This document shows positions 35,121-43,595 of a stretch of DNA of 64,000 nt, piece after piece; positions within the stretch are counted from its first letter, which is position 1, and every line of letters starts with the position of its first letter. A model generated the notes under the pieces. The model made no database searches and was not told where the DNA came from. It was given only the letters and a program-made list of their open reading frames with translations. Source of the DNA: Actinomycetota bacterium (GTDB taxonomy: Bacteria > Actinomycetota > UBA4738 > HRBIN12); contig DATIWE010000061.1 of assembly GCA_035519495.1 (NCBI GenBank), forward strand, positions 1,832 through 65,831. Reading direction: 5' to 3'. A program made the translations under genes and the position numbers.

Positions 35121-35756
35121 TCACGCGTCCCCTTCGAGCGTCCGGGCATGCCTGTCGAGCGCATCGTGGAGGTCGCGTTGCACGAACGCGATCGAGAGGT
35201 CGCCGCGGGTCTTCTCGATGAGCGACCGCGCCACGTCCGTCGAGCGCCGCAGGTTCATCGTGATCGCGTCGGGGTAGTCGATCGTCACGAGGACCCCGTA
35301 CAGATCCTCGAGCACGGCGAGCGTCCGCTCCGCGGTCGCGACGTCGCCGCCGCGCAGGAGATCGAGGATATGCCGGCGGCCCTCGCCGATCGCCTCGGCC
35401 ATCCCGTTGAGGTACGGAGCGTCGCCGACGCCGAGCTCCTCGGGCGGCGGGAACGGCCGCTCGGCCACCAGCGCGTAGGTCAGGTTCGCCTCTGCGTACT
35501 CCTTCTCCGCGTCCAGGAGGTACCCGGCGAACCGGACGTCGGGATGCGAGCCGACCGCGTCGAGCCCCTCGTCGAGCGCGGTCCGCGACGCCGCGATCAG
35601 CTCGGTCGCGCCTTCGAGCTCGCCGCGATGGATCGCTCGGATGGCGTTGGCGGAGGCCCGGATCGAGCGCCGAGCCGCCGGCAAGGCCCGTTCGCGGGCC
35701 GCGGTCTTGGCGTCGAAGCGTTCGTGCAGGGCGTCGGAGAGCGGATCGAGGTCCAC
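35121..35756 (-). CDS. Translin/TRAX family protein
   Basis: All-helical pattern with KEYAEA, YLNGMAEAIGEGRR and LRRSTD motifs. Start moved to GTG 35756. Confidence 0.8.
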   Translation of the reverse strand: MDLDPLSDALHERFDAKTAARERALPAARRSIRASANAIRAIHRGELEGATELIAASRTALDEGLDAVGSHPDVRFAGYLLDAEKEYAEANLTYALVAERPFPPPEELGVGDAPYLNGMAEAIGEGRRHILDLLRGGDVATAERTLAVLEDLYGVLVTIDYPDAITMNLRRSTDVARSLIEKTRGDLSIAFVQRDLHDALDRHARTLEGDA

Positions 35757-35763
35757 GCCGGGG

Positions 35764-36345
35764 TCAGGCGCCGACGGAGGCGGCGGCCGACGCAGGCCGG
35801 ACCACGACGTGCACGGGATCGTGCTGGCCGATCGCGCTGAGCCCGTTGAAGGTCTGCCGCGGGACGGCCGCCGGGCCGTCCGCGACGAAGCGCGGCGCAT
35901 GGCCGGGCTTCGGTCGCTCGGGAACGGCTGCGGCGCGCACGTGCTCGTGCGGGCGCGTCTCGCGGGCCTTGATCGAGAGCAGCAGCCACATGTACAGGAG
36001 CAGGAGGCCGGCCAGCCCGGCGCTCACGTACCAGACGACGCGCAGAGGCGGCACGAGCCCGATCAGGAACGACAGGACGATCGCCTCGATCAGGACCACG
36101 AAGACCTTGCGCCGGCGCTCACGCGCCCGCGACCGTTGCCGCTCCTGGGGACCGAGGAACCGAACGCCTTTGCGGGGGGTGACGATCCACCGCCCGTTCG
36201 TTCCGTGTACCTCCGCTTGCGCCAACAGCTCCATCCTGTGTTCGAAGTCATCCACCGAGGTCTTGCCGGCGTGCCGCCGGCGCCCGGTCGGGATCAGGAA
36301 TGCGGCCCACATGATGCATAACCCGCCCAGGAGCAGCCAATCCAC
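35764..36345 (-). CDS. GlpR/SepX-like membrane protein
   Basis: N-terminal LCIMWAAFLIP, RARERRRKVF followed by two TM helices, conserved position between moeA and tRNA-Ala, RBS AGGAGG before GTG 36345. Confidence 0.7.
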   Translation of the reverse strand: MDWLLLGGLCIMWAAFLIPTGRRRHAGKTSVDDFEHRMELLAQAEVHGTNGRWIVTPRKGVRFLGPQERQRSRARERRRKVFVVLIEAIVLSFLIGLVPPLRVVWYVSAGLAGLLLLYMWLLLSIKARETRPHEHVRAAAVPERPKPGHAPRFVADGPAAVPRQTFNGLSAIGQHDPVHVVVRPASAAASVGA

Positions 36346-36469
36346 CCGGTACGGCCTCCTGTCCGTCGAACCCCGGTCGACACAACATCTAGGCTGGGTG
36401 GGGACGCTAGCACCACATATAGTGCCGGGAAAGTACATCCGTGTGATTCGATCGAGGCGCCGCAGAACC

Positions 36470-36934
36470 TCATGCCCGGTAGGCGCCGGACTTCCCGCCG
36501 GACTTCGCCAGCAGGCGCACGCCCTCGATCCGAGCCGCGCGATCGAAGGCCTTCGCGGTGTCGTACAGGGAAAGCGCGGCGACGGCCGCGGCGGTCAGCG
36601 CCTCCATCTCGACGCCGGTGCGATCGAACGCCCGGACCGTCGACTGCACGCGGATCCGGCCGCTCGCCTCGTCGGCCTCGATCGAAACCTCGGAGCCGGT
36701 CACCCGGATCGGGTGGCAGTGCGGCAGGAGCCGGGGGGTCTCCTTCACGCCGATCACGCCGGCGATCTTCGCGGTCTCGAGCGGCGAGCCCTTCTTCGTG
36801 CCCGCCAGGAGCTCGGCGACCGTGGCGGGCGTGGTCACGAGCCATGCCTCAGCGACCGCCTCGCGTTCGGTGTCGGGCTTCGCACCGACCTCGACCATGC
36901 GCGTGACGCCGTCGGCACCGGCCTGGTCGGACAC
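36470..36934 (-). CDS. moaC: Cyclic pyranopterin monophosphate synthase
   Basis: MVEVGAK, AKIAG, LLPHCHP, TGVEMEAL and LYDTAKA motifs. Confidence 0.93.
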   Translation of the reverse strand: MSDQAGADGVTRMVEVGAKPDTEREAVAEAWLVTTPATVAELLAGTKKGSPLETAKIAGVIGVKETPRLLPHCHPIRVTGSEVSIEADEASGRIRVQSTVRAFDRTGVEMEALTAAAVAALSLYDTAKAFDRAARIEGVRLLAKSGGKSGAYRA

Positions 36935-36935
36935 C

Positions 36936-38195
36936 TCAGTCCTCGGACGCGCGGAACAGCAGGACGCGGAGCTGATCGCCCGGTCCCGCCTCCTCTACCC
37001 CCGCCGGCAGCACCGCGAGGCCGTTCGCGCGGGCGATCGTCGAGAGCAGGTTCGACCCGCGGCCGCCGGTCGGCGTGGCCGTCCAGCCCTCCGGACCTCG
37101 CGCGACCTCGACCCGCGCGAAGACCGTCTTCCCCTTCGGGCCCTTGACCGGACCCGTCAGCGTGGCCCGGACCTCAGGACGGCCCAGCTGGGTGCGTCCC
37201 ATCATCCGCAGCATCGCCGGCCGGACGAACATCTCGAAGCTCACGAAGACGCTGACGGGGTTGCCCGGCAACCCGAAGAACGGCTTGCCCTCGATGAAGC
37301 CGAACCCCTGCGGCATGCCGGGCTGCATCGCGACCTTGGAGAACTCGATCTCGCCGCGGCGGAAGAACGCCGCCTTCACGACGTCGCGCTCCCCCACCGA
37401 GATCCCGCCGGAGGACACGAACGCGTCCGCCTGGATCTCGAAGCTGAAGACCGTTTCCTTGAGCGAGTCCGGATCGTCCTTCACGATCCCGGCGAGCACC
37501 GGGATCGCGCCGACCTCGCGCAGCGCGCCGAACAACGTGTACGCGTTCGCGTCGCGCACCTGACCGAACGATGGGTTCTCGGTCGGCGGGATCAGCTCGT
37601 CGCCGGTGGACAGGACGATCACCCGAGGACGCGGGTGCACGAGCGGGTGCGGGATGCCGGCGTTCGCGAGCAACCCGAGCTCGGCGCCGGCGAGCCGCCG
37701 GCCCCGCGGCACGAGCAGGTCGCCCTCCTGGACGTCTTCGCCGCGCGGGCGCACGTGGTGCCCCTCGCCCGCGGGCTCGAACAGGCGGACGAGTCCGTCG
37801 TCCTCCTCCGCGTTCTCGACCGCGACGACGGTGTCGGCGCCGCCGGGCATCGGGGCGCCGGTGGCGATCTTCACGGCCTCGCCCATCCCGACCGTGGCCT
37901 CGGGACGCTTGCCCATCTCGGATCGGCCGACGATCTTGAGCTCGGCCGGGCGCTCCGGCGTGGCCTCCGCCACGTCGTAGGCACGCACCGCGAAGCCGTC
38001 CATCGCCGAGGAGGCGAACTCCGGCAGCGCAACGCGCGCGATCATGTCCTCCGCCGCGACGCAGCCGTACGCATCGGTCAGGGGCATCTGGAGCGGCGGC
38101 AGGGGCTCGATCCGCGAGAGCACCGCGCGGCGCGCTTCGTCCACCGGCACGAGTCCGTCCGCCGAGTCGTGATCGTGGATCCGGCGCTCGGTCAT
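36936..38195 (-). CDS. moeA: Molybdopterin molybdotransferase (gephyrin-like)
   Basis: SAMDGFAV, IATGAPMP, STGDEL, SSGGISVG and GLPGNPVS motifs. Leaderless ATG 38195. Confidence 0.95.
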   Translation of the reverse strand: MTERRIHDHDSADGLVPVDEARRAVLSRIEPLPPLQMPLTDAYGCVAAEDMIARVALPEFASSAMDGFAVRAYDVAEATPERPAELKIVGRSEMGKRPEATVGMGEAVKIATGAPMPGGADTVVAVENAEEDDGLVRLFEPAGEGHHVRPRGEDVQEGDLLVPRGRRLAGAELGLLANAGIPHPLVHPRPRVIVLSTGDELIPPTENPSFGQVRDANAYTLFGALREVGAIPVLAGIVKDDPDSLKETVFSFEIQADAFVSSGGISVGERDVVKAAFFRRGEIEFSKVAMQPGMPQGFGFIEGKPFFGLPGNPVSVFVSFEMFVRPAMLRMMGRTQLGRPEVRATLTGPVKGPKGKTVFARVEVARGPEGWTATPTGGRGSNLLSTIARANGLAVLPAGVEEAGPGDQLRVLLFRASED

Positions 38196-38259
38196 GGACG
38201 GCAGTCTATCCATGACGCGCGCCGGAGCGGGAGGGTCGGTCGCGCCGTGGCGCGGATCG

Positions 38260-39156
38260 CTAGACGAGCTTCTCGCGGACCACGAACTCGGCGAGCCACG
38301 CGCGGAACTCGGGTCCCAGGTCGTCCCGGCCGGCGGCCAGCTCGACGCTCGCCCGGAGCGCGTCGCGCGGGTTCCCCACGTCGTAGCGGCCGGAGTCGAA
38401 CCGGTACGCGTAGACCGCCTGCTCCTGCGCGAGGGCGTTGATCGCATCGGTCAGCTGGATCTCGCCCCCCTTGCCCGGCGCCGTCCGACGGAGCGCGTCG
38501 AAGATCTCCGGCGTGAAGACGTAGCGGCCGATCGCGGCGAGGTTCGACGGGGCCTCCTTCTCCGACGGCTTCTCGACGATCGACAGGATGCGGACGAGGT
38601 GCTCGTCGACCGGTTCGGGATCGATGCACCCGTACATGGAGATCTCCTGGCGGCTGACCTCCATCGTCGCGACGACGCTTCGCCCGAACGTGTCGTGGGC
38701 GCGCAGCATCTCGGGCAGCAGCGGCACCGACGGATGGATCAGGTCGTCGCCGAGGAGGACCGCGAACGGCTCGTCGCCGACGTGCGCCTCCGCCACCGAC
38801 ACCGCATGGCCGAGCCCGAGCGCCTCCTTCTGCCGGACGGTGTGGATCTCGGCCATGTCCGAGATCTGACGGATCGTCTTGAGCTCCTCGAACTTCCCCT
38901 TCGATTCGAGGAACAGCTCGAGCTCGATGCTCCGATCGAAGTGGTCCTCGATCGCCTGCTGCCCGCGGCTGGTGACGATCAGGATGTCCTCGATGCCGGC
39001 GCGCACGGCCTCCTCGACGACGAGCTGGATCGCGGGCGTGTCGACGATCGGGATCATCGCCTTCGGCTGTGCCTTCGTTGCCGGCAGGAAGCGCGTGCCG
39101 AGGCCGGCCGCCGGGATGACGCCCTTGCGAACCTTCGCGTGCCCTCTGGTTCCCAC
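38260..39156 (-). CDS. galU: UTP--glucose-1-phosphate uridylyltransferase
   Basis: VIPAAGLGTRFLPATK, RQKEALGLGHAV, VEKP and GEIQLTDAI motifs. Confidence 0.96.
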   Translation of the reverse strand: MGTRGHAKVRKGVIPAAGLGTRFLPATKAQPKAMIPIVDTPAIQLVVEEAVRAGIEDILIVTSRGQQAIEDHFDRSIELELFLESKGKFEELKTIRQISDMAEIHTVRQKEALGLGHAVSVAEAHVGDEPFAVLLGDDLIHPSVPLLPEMLRAHDTFGRSVVATMEVSRQEISMYGCIDPEPVDEHLVRILSIVEKPSEKEAPSNLAAIGRYVFTPEIFDALRRTAPGKGGEIQLTDAINALAQEQAVYAYRFDSGRYDVGNPRDALRASVELAAGRDDLGPEFRAWLAEFVVREKLV

Positions 39157-39295
39157 GGGACGCGAACGATACGCATCGATGCGCGACCGCGCCAGCCCTC
39201 GGCCTGCCTAGGACGTGCGAACCACAACCGGCGCCGAACGACCGACACGGCAGCGTCGCAAGATCGGCCGGGGGCCTCGGTAGACTTGCCCGTCG

Positions 39296-39646
39296 ATGCC
39301 TACGTACGAGTACGTCTGTAAGGCGTGCGGCCACCGGTTCGAGGTCGTGCGGTCGATGCACGACGCTCCGCTGACCGAGTGTCCCGACTGCGGCGGTGAG
39401 CTCCGCAAGGTCTTCACGCCGCCGACGATCACGTTCAAGGGCTCGGGCTTCTACGCCACGGACCACAAGAAACGCTCGGGATCAAGCGCGAGGGAGGGCG
39501 ACAAGACCACGGCGAAGCGCGGGAAGAGCGACACGGGCGAGAAGAAGGAGAAGAAGGACGGCGGGAGCACCGGGGGGTCGACCTCGACGTCCGGATCCGA
39601 CGCCGGCTCGGGTGCGTCGAAGAAGGAGGGGGGGTCGGGCACGTGA
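39296..39646 (+). CDS. FmdB family zinc-ribbon protein with a low-complexity tail
   Basis: MPTYEYVCKACG...CPDCGG...FKGSGFYATD. Confidence 0.92.
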   Translation: MPTYEYVCKACGHRFEVVRSMHDAPLTECPDCGGELRKVFTPPTITFKGSGFYATDHKKRSGSSAREGDKTTAKRGKSDTGEKKEKKDGGSTGGSTSTSGSDAGSGASKKEGGSGT

Positions 39647-40437
39647 CCACGGCCGAGATCGGGGTGTTCGGCGGATCGGGCTTCTACGCGTTCCTCGAGG
39701 ACCCGGAGGAGATCGCGGTCGACACGCCCTACGGCGCGCCGGCCGCGCCGGTCACGGTCGGCACGGTCGAGGGCCGGCGCGTGGCGTTCATCCCGCGGCA
39801 CGGGCGCGACCACGAGTTCCCGCCCCACGAGGTCCCGTACCGCGCGAACGTGTGGGCGATGAAGGAGCTCGGCGTCACCAGGCTCTTCGGCCCCTCCGCC
39901 GCCGGATCGCTCCGCCGCGACATCGCGCCGCGGACGTTCGTCGTGTGCGATCAGGCGATCGACTTCACGAAGAGCCGCCCGAACACGTTCTTCGACGGGC
40001 CGACGACGACGCACGTGTCGTTCGCCGATCCGTACTGCCCCGTGCTGCGGCGCACGCTCGTCGACGTCGCGCGCGACCGGTCGATCCAGCACCGCGACGG
40101 TGGCACGATGGTCGTGATCGAGGGTCCGCGGTTCTCGACCCGCGCCGAGTCGAAGATGTTCGCGCAGGTCGGGGGCGACGTGATCGGGATGACGCAGTTC
40201 CCCGAGGCGACGCTCGCGAAGGAGGCGGAGATGTGCTTCGCGAACGTCGCACTCGTGACCGACTACGACGTGGGCGTCGACGATATCGCGCCGGTCTCGC
40301 ACGCCGAGGTGTTGAAGGTGTTCGGCGAGAACATCGACGCGCTGCGCGGGCTGCTCTTCGCGGCGATCCCGGCGGTGCCCGCGGACCGGACCGGGTGCTC
40401 GTGCGCGGATGCGCTCGGCGGCTCCGGGGGGGACTGA
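39643..40437 (+). CDS. mtnP: S-methyl-5'-thioadenosine phosphorylase
   Basis: IGVFGGSG, PRHG, EGPRFSTRAES, IGMT and VTDYD motifs. Confidence 0.92.
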   Translation: MTTAEIGVFGGSGFYAFLEDPEEIAVDTPYGAPAAPVTVGTVEGRRVAFIPRHGRDHEFPPHEVPYRANVWAMKELGVTRLFGPSAAGSLRRDIAPRTFVVCDQAIDFTKSRPNTFFDGPTTTHVSFADPYCPVLRRTLVDVARDRSIQHRDGGTMVVIEGPRFSTRAESKMFAQVGGDVIGMTQFPEATLAKEAEMCFANVALVTDYDVGVDDIAPVSHAEVLKVFGENIDALRGLLFAAIPAVPADRTGCSCADALGGSGGD

Positions 40438-40440
40438 CCG

Positions 40441-40620
40441 ATGGCACGCAGCCTCGTCCGGATCGAGCTGGCGTTCACGTCCGAAGAGGATCCCGACCAG
40501 ACCGCCGAGCGGATCCGCGAGGCCGTGTCGATGATCGTGGGGCGCGAGGCGCTCGAGGACTTCCGGGTCCGGACGATGCCGCTCGACAAGAAGCGCGATC
40601 ACCTGCGACCCGTCGACTGA
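40441..40620 (+). CDS. Hypothetical 59-aa protein (not in ORF track)
   Basis: MARSLVRIELAFTSEEDPDQTAERIREAVSMIVGREALEDFRVRTMPLDKKRDHLRPVD exactly fills the mtnP-SAF gap and has an RBS-like GGGGGA. Confidence 0.7.
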   Translation: MARSLVRIELAFTSEEDPDQTAERIREAVSMIVGREALEDFRVRTMPLDKKRDHLRPVD

Positions 40621-40671
40621 CGTGACCGCCGTCACGGCCCGTGGGCGGGTCGGGCGCGTACGTTCGCGCGG

Positions 40672-41376
40672 ATGCGCACGATCTGGCTCCGTCGGCGGCT
40701 CCCGCCGTCCTCGAAGGTGTGCCTCGGGCTGGCCGCCGGGTGCGCGCTCGCGGCGTTCGCCCTGGTGCACGCGCAGGGGGCCCGCGCGGCGGCCCAGGGC
40801 CGCGGCGACGTCACCGTCCAGGTCGTGGTCGCGGCGCACGACCTCGCCGCCGGGCTCGCCCTCGCGGAGGACGACGTGCGGCTGTGGCCCGTGCCGGAGG
40901 CCGGCGAGCCGCCGGGGGCCCTGACGTCGGTCGCGGCCGCGACGGGGCGCGTTCCGACGGGCCGGGTCGCGGCGGGCGAGGTGCTGACGCTCACGCGCGT
41001 CGCGACCAGTCTGCTCTCGGGAAGCGTCCCGTTCGGCGACGTCGCGGTGACGGTGACGTTCGCGTCGGTCCCCGACGGGCTCACCGTCGCCGACCGCGTC
41101 GACGCCTACGCCACCTTCGGCGGCGCCCGACCGTTCACGACGCTCGCGGGTGAGGACCTGCGCGTGCTGCGGATCGGGACGAGCGAGGGAGCGGGCCTCG
41201 GTCAGGACCGCGGCACGCGGATCACGCTCGATGTCGACCCGGCCACCGCGCGGCAGCTCGTGGAGGCCGACGCGACCGGTTCGCTCGCGCTCGTCGTGCG
41301 CGGCGCCGCTGTCGTCACAGCATCTCCATCCCCGTCGTCGTCCTCGGAGGTTCAACCACCGGAACCGTCCGGATAG
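40672..41376 (+). CDS. SAF domain / RcpC-CpaB-like protein
   Basis: N-terminal TM, VVVAAHDLAAG SAF motif, DRVDAYA. Conserved neighbour of fmdB in Actinomycetota. Confidence 0.75.
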   Translation: MRTIWLRRRLPPSSKVCLGLAAGCALAAFALVHAQGARAAAQGRGDVTVQVVVAAHDLAAGLALAEDDVRLWPVPEAGEPPGALTSVAAATGRVPTGRVAAGEVLTLTRVATSLLSGSVPFGDVAVTVTFASVPDGLTVADRVDAYATFGGARPFTTLAGEDLRVLRIGTSEGAGLGQDRGTRITLDVDPATARQLVEADATGSLALVVRGAAVVTASPSPSSSSEVQPPEPSG

Positions 41377-41408
41377 ACTCGCCGCGCCTCCGACCCGAAG
41401 GGAACCGC

Positions 41409-42248
41409 GTGACGATCCTCCAGGCGATCGTGCTCGGCCTGGTTCAGGGCATCACCGAATTCGCGCCGGTCTCCAGCAGCGGGCACCTGATCCTGGTCCC
41501 GTGGCTCTTCGGATGGACGATCGTCCAGGATCCGGCCCTCAACAAGACCTTCGACGTCGCGCTGCACATGGGGACGCTTCTCGGCGCGGTCATCTACTTC
41601 TGGAGCGACATCGTGCGCTACGTGAAGGCCTGGTTCCACTCGCTGCGCCGTCGCTCGATCGGCTCGGTCGACGAGAAGCTCGCGTGGGCGCTCGTGATCG
41701 GCACCATCCCCGGCGCGATCGCCGGCGCCCTGTTCGAGAGCACGATCGAGGACAAGCTTGGGCAGCCGTGGCTGATCGCCGTGATGCTCGCGGTGTTCGG
41801 CGTCGTCCTGTACGTCGTGGACCGGATCTGCCGCGACGACCGCAGCTTCGAGACGATCGGCCCCCGGACCGGGCTGTTCCTCGGCGCTGCGCAGGCGCTC
41901 GCGCTGCAGCCGGGGGTGTCGCGCTCGGGCGTCACGCTGACCGCCGCCCGGCTGATCGGGCTCGACCGCGAGTCGTCGGCGCGGTTCTCGTTCCTCCTCT
42001 CGCTACCGATCATCGCCGGCGCCGGGATCGCGAAGACGATCGACGCCGCGCACACCGGACTGCACGGCTACGGCCCGCAGTTCTTCTGGGGCTTCGTGGC
42101 GTCCGCGGTCAGCGGCTTCTTCGTGATCTGGTTCCTGCTGCGTTACCTGCGTCGGCATGACTTCCTGGTGTTCATGATCTATCGCCTCGCTGTGGCGGCG
42201 CTCGTGCTCGGGCTGATCGCAACCGGCGTGCGCTCGGCCTCGATCTGA
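41409..42248 (+). CDS. uppP: Undecaprenyl-diphosphate phosphatase
   Basis: QGITEFAPVSSSGH, ALQPGVSRSG and SFLLSLP motifs. Confidence 0.95.
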   Translation: MTILQAIVLGLVQGITEFAPVSSSGHLILVPWLFGWTIVQDPALNKTFDVALHMGTLLGAVIYFWSDIVRYVKAWFHSLRRRSIGSVDEKLAWALVIGTIPGAIAGALFESTIEDKLGQPWLIAVMLAVFGVVLYVVDRICRDDRSFETIGPRTGLFLGAAQALALQPGVSRSGVTLTAARLIGLDRESSARFSFLLSLPIIAGAGIAKTIDAAHTGLHGYGPQFFWGFVASAVSGFFVIWFLLRYLRRHDFLVFMIYRLAVAALVLGLIATGVRSASI

Positions 42249-42251
42249 ACC

Positions 42252-43595
42252 TCAGACGCCCGCCAGCGTCATCTCCCCGATCAACAGCGACGGCGTCCCG
42301 ACGCTGGAGAAGAACCGGAGGTCGTTGCCGACGGCGTCGACCGACCGCAGCATCTCGGGCAGCGTCGAGGCGATCGTCATCTCGCGGAGCGGCTCGCCGA
42401 GCGCCCCGCCCGCGATCCTTCTGCCGGTGGCGCCCACGCTGAATTCGCCGCTGATCGGGTTCGCGCCCGAATGGACGCCCGCCACGTCCATGATCAGCAC
42501 GCCGCCCTCGGCCTTCGTGAGGAGCTCGTCGAACGACGGCGTCCCCGGCTCGAAGTAGAAGTTCGACGTCCCGACGCCCGGCGTCGAGCGGTAGCCGGCC
42601 CGCTTCGCGTTGCCGGTCGAGCGCTGCGACCCGCCGGTGCGCCGCGCCGTGTACGTGTCGTGCAGGAACCCCGTCAACGTGCCGCTGCTGAGCAATTCGA
42701 TCCGGCCGCTGGGCACGCCCTCGTCGTCGAACGGACACGAGCCGGGCCCATCGGGGCGCCGGCCGTCGTCGACGAGCGTGACGACCTCGGAACCGACCGC
42801 CGTGCCCGTCATACCGGCGAACAACGAGCGGCCCTTCAGCACGTTCTCCGCGTTCAACGTCCCGGCGAGCACGCCGAGGAAGTTGGAGGCGGCGAACGGG
42901 TCCAGGATCACGGGGAGCTTCGCGGTCGACGGCTTCACGGCGCCGAGCATCTGGACGCCCCGGTCGACGGCCTCGTCGGCTATCGGCTGCCATGCCAGCC
43001 GGTCCAGCCCGCGCTCGATCGCGTATGAGAACCCGGTCTGCGTCTCCTCGCCCGAGACCGCGAGCGTCACGACCACGACCCACGCGTCGGTCCGCGCGTA
43101 CTCGGCGTCGACGCCCGTCGTCGAGGCGATCGCGACCGAGCCGACGGCGTCGCCGACCTGCGCCAGGTCCAGCTTCGACACGCGCGGATCGCGCGAGACG
43201 GCGTAGCGCTCAAGCTCGAGCGCGAGCCGAACCTTCTCCTCGACAGGCGTCGCCGCGCTCGAGGCGTCGAACAGCTCGGGCAGCGGCGTCGCGGCTTCTG
43301 CCTCGGGCAGGGCGTTGTGCTCGTCCGGCTCGGCGAGGGCCGCGTTGTCGCGCGCTCGAGCGACCGTCTCGGCGACCTCCGCGAGCGAGGGATCGGCTGC
43401 CCAGGCGTAGCCGAGCCGGCCGTCTCGGATCAGGCGGACGCCGACGCCGCGCGACTCCGCGAACGTCATGCCCTCGACCTCGCCGCGGAGGGCCTTGACT
43501 TCGGTGTGGCGGCTCTCCTCCGCGTACGCCTCGACCTGCTCGGCGGCCTGCGAGGCGCCGACGGCGGCCTGAACCAGCTCGCGGAGCTCAGGCAC
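42252..43595 (-). CDS. pmbA: TldE/PmbA family protein
   Basis: PFDDEG, GFLHD, GVHSGANPISGEFS; no HExxxH; coupled to tldD. Confidence 0.9.
   Translation of the reverse strand: MPELRELVQAAVGASQAAEQVEAYAEESRHTEVKALRGEVEGMTFAESRGVGVRLIRDGRLGYAWAADPSLAEVAETVARARDNAALAEPDEHNALPEAEAATPLPELFDASSAATPVEEKVRLALELERYAVSRDPRVSKLDLAQVGDAVGSVAIASTTGVDAEYARTDAWVVVVTLAVSGEETQTGFSYAIERGLDRLAWQPIADEAVDRGVQMLGAVKPSTAKLPVILDPFAASNFLGVLAGTLNAENVLKGRSLFAGMTGTAVGSEVVTLVDDGRRPDGPGSCPFDDEGVPSGRIELLSSGTLTGFLHDTYTARRTGGSQRSTGNAKRAGYRSTPGVGTSNFYFEPGTPSFDELLTKAEGGVLIMDVAGVHSGANPISGEFSVGATGRRIAGGALGEPLREMTIASTLPEMLRSVDAVGNDLRFFSSVGTPSLLIGEMTLAGV

Noticed and set aside
36379-36383. GACAC WhiA-type motif upstream of the glpR/sepX-like gene
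   Set aside because: A single 5-mer in a 124-bp gap is easily explained by chance, although the context is suggestive.
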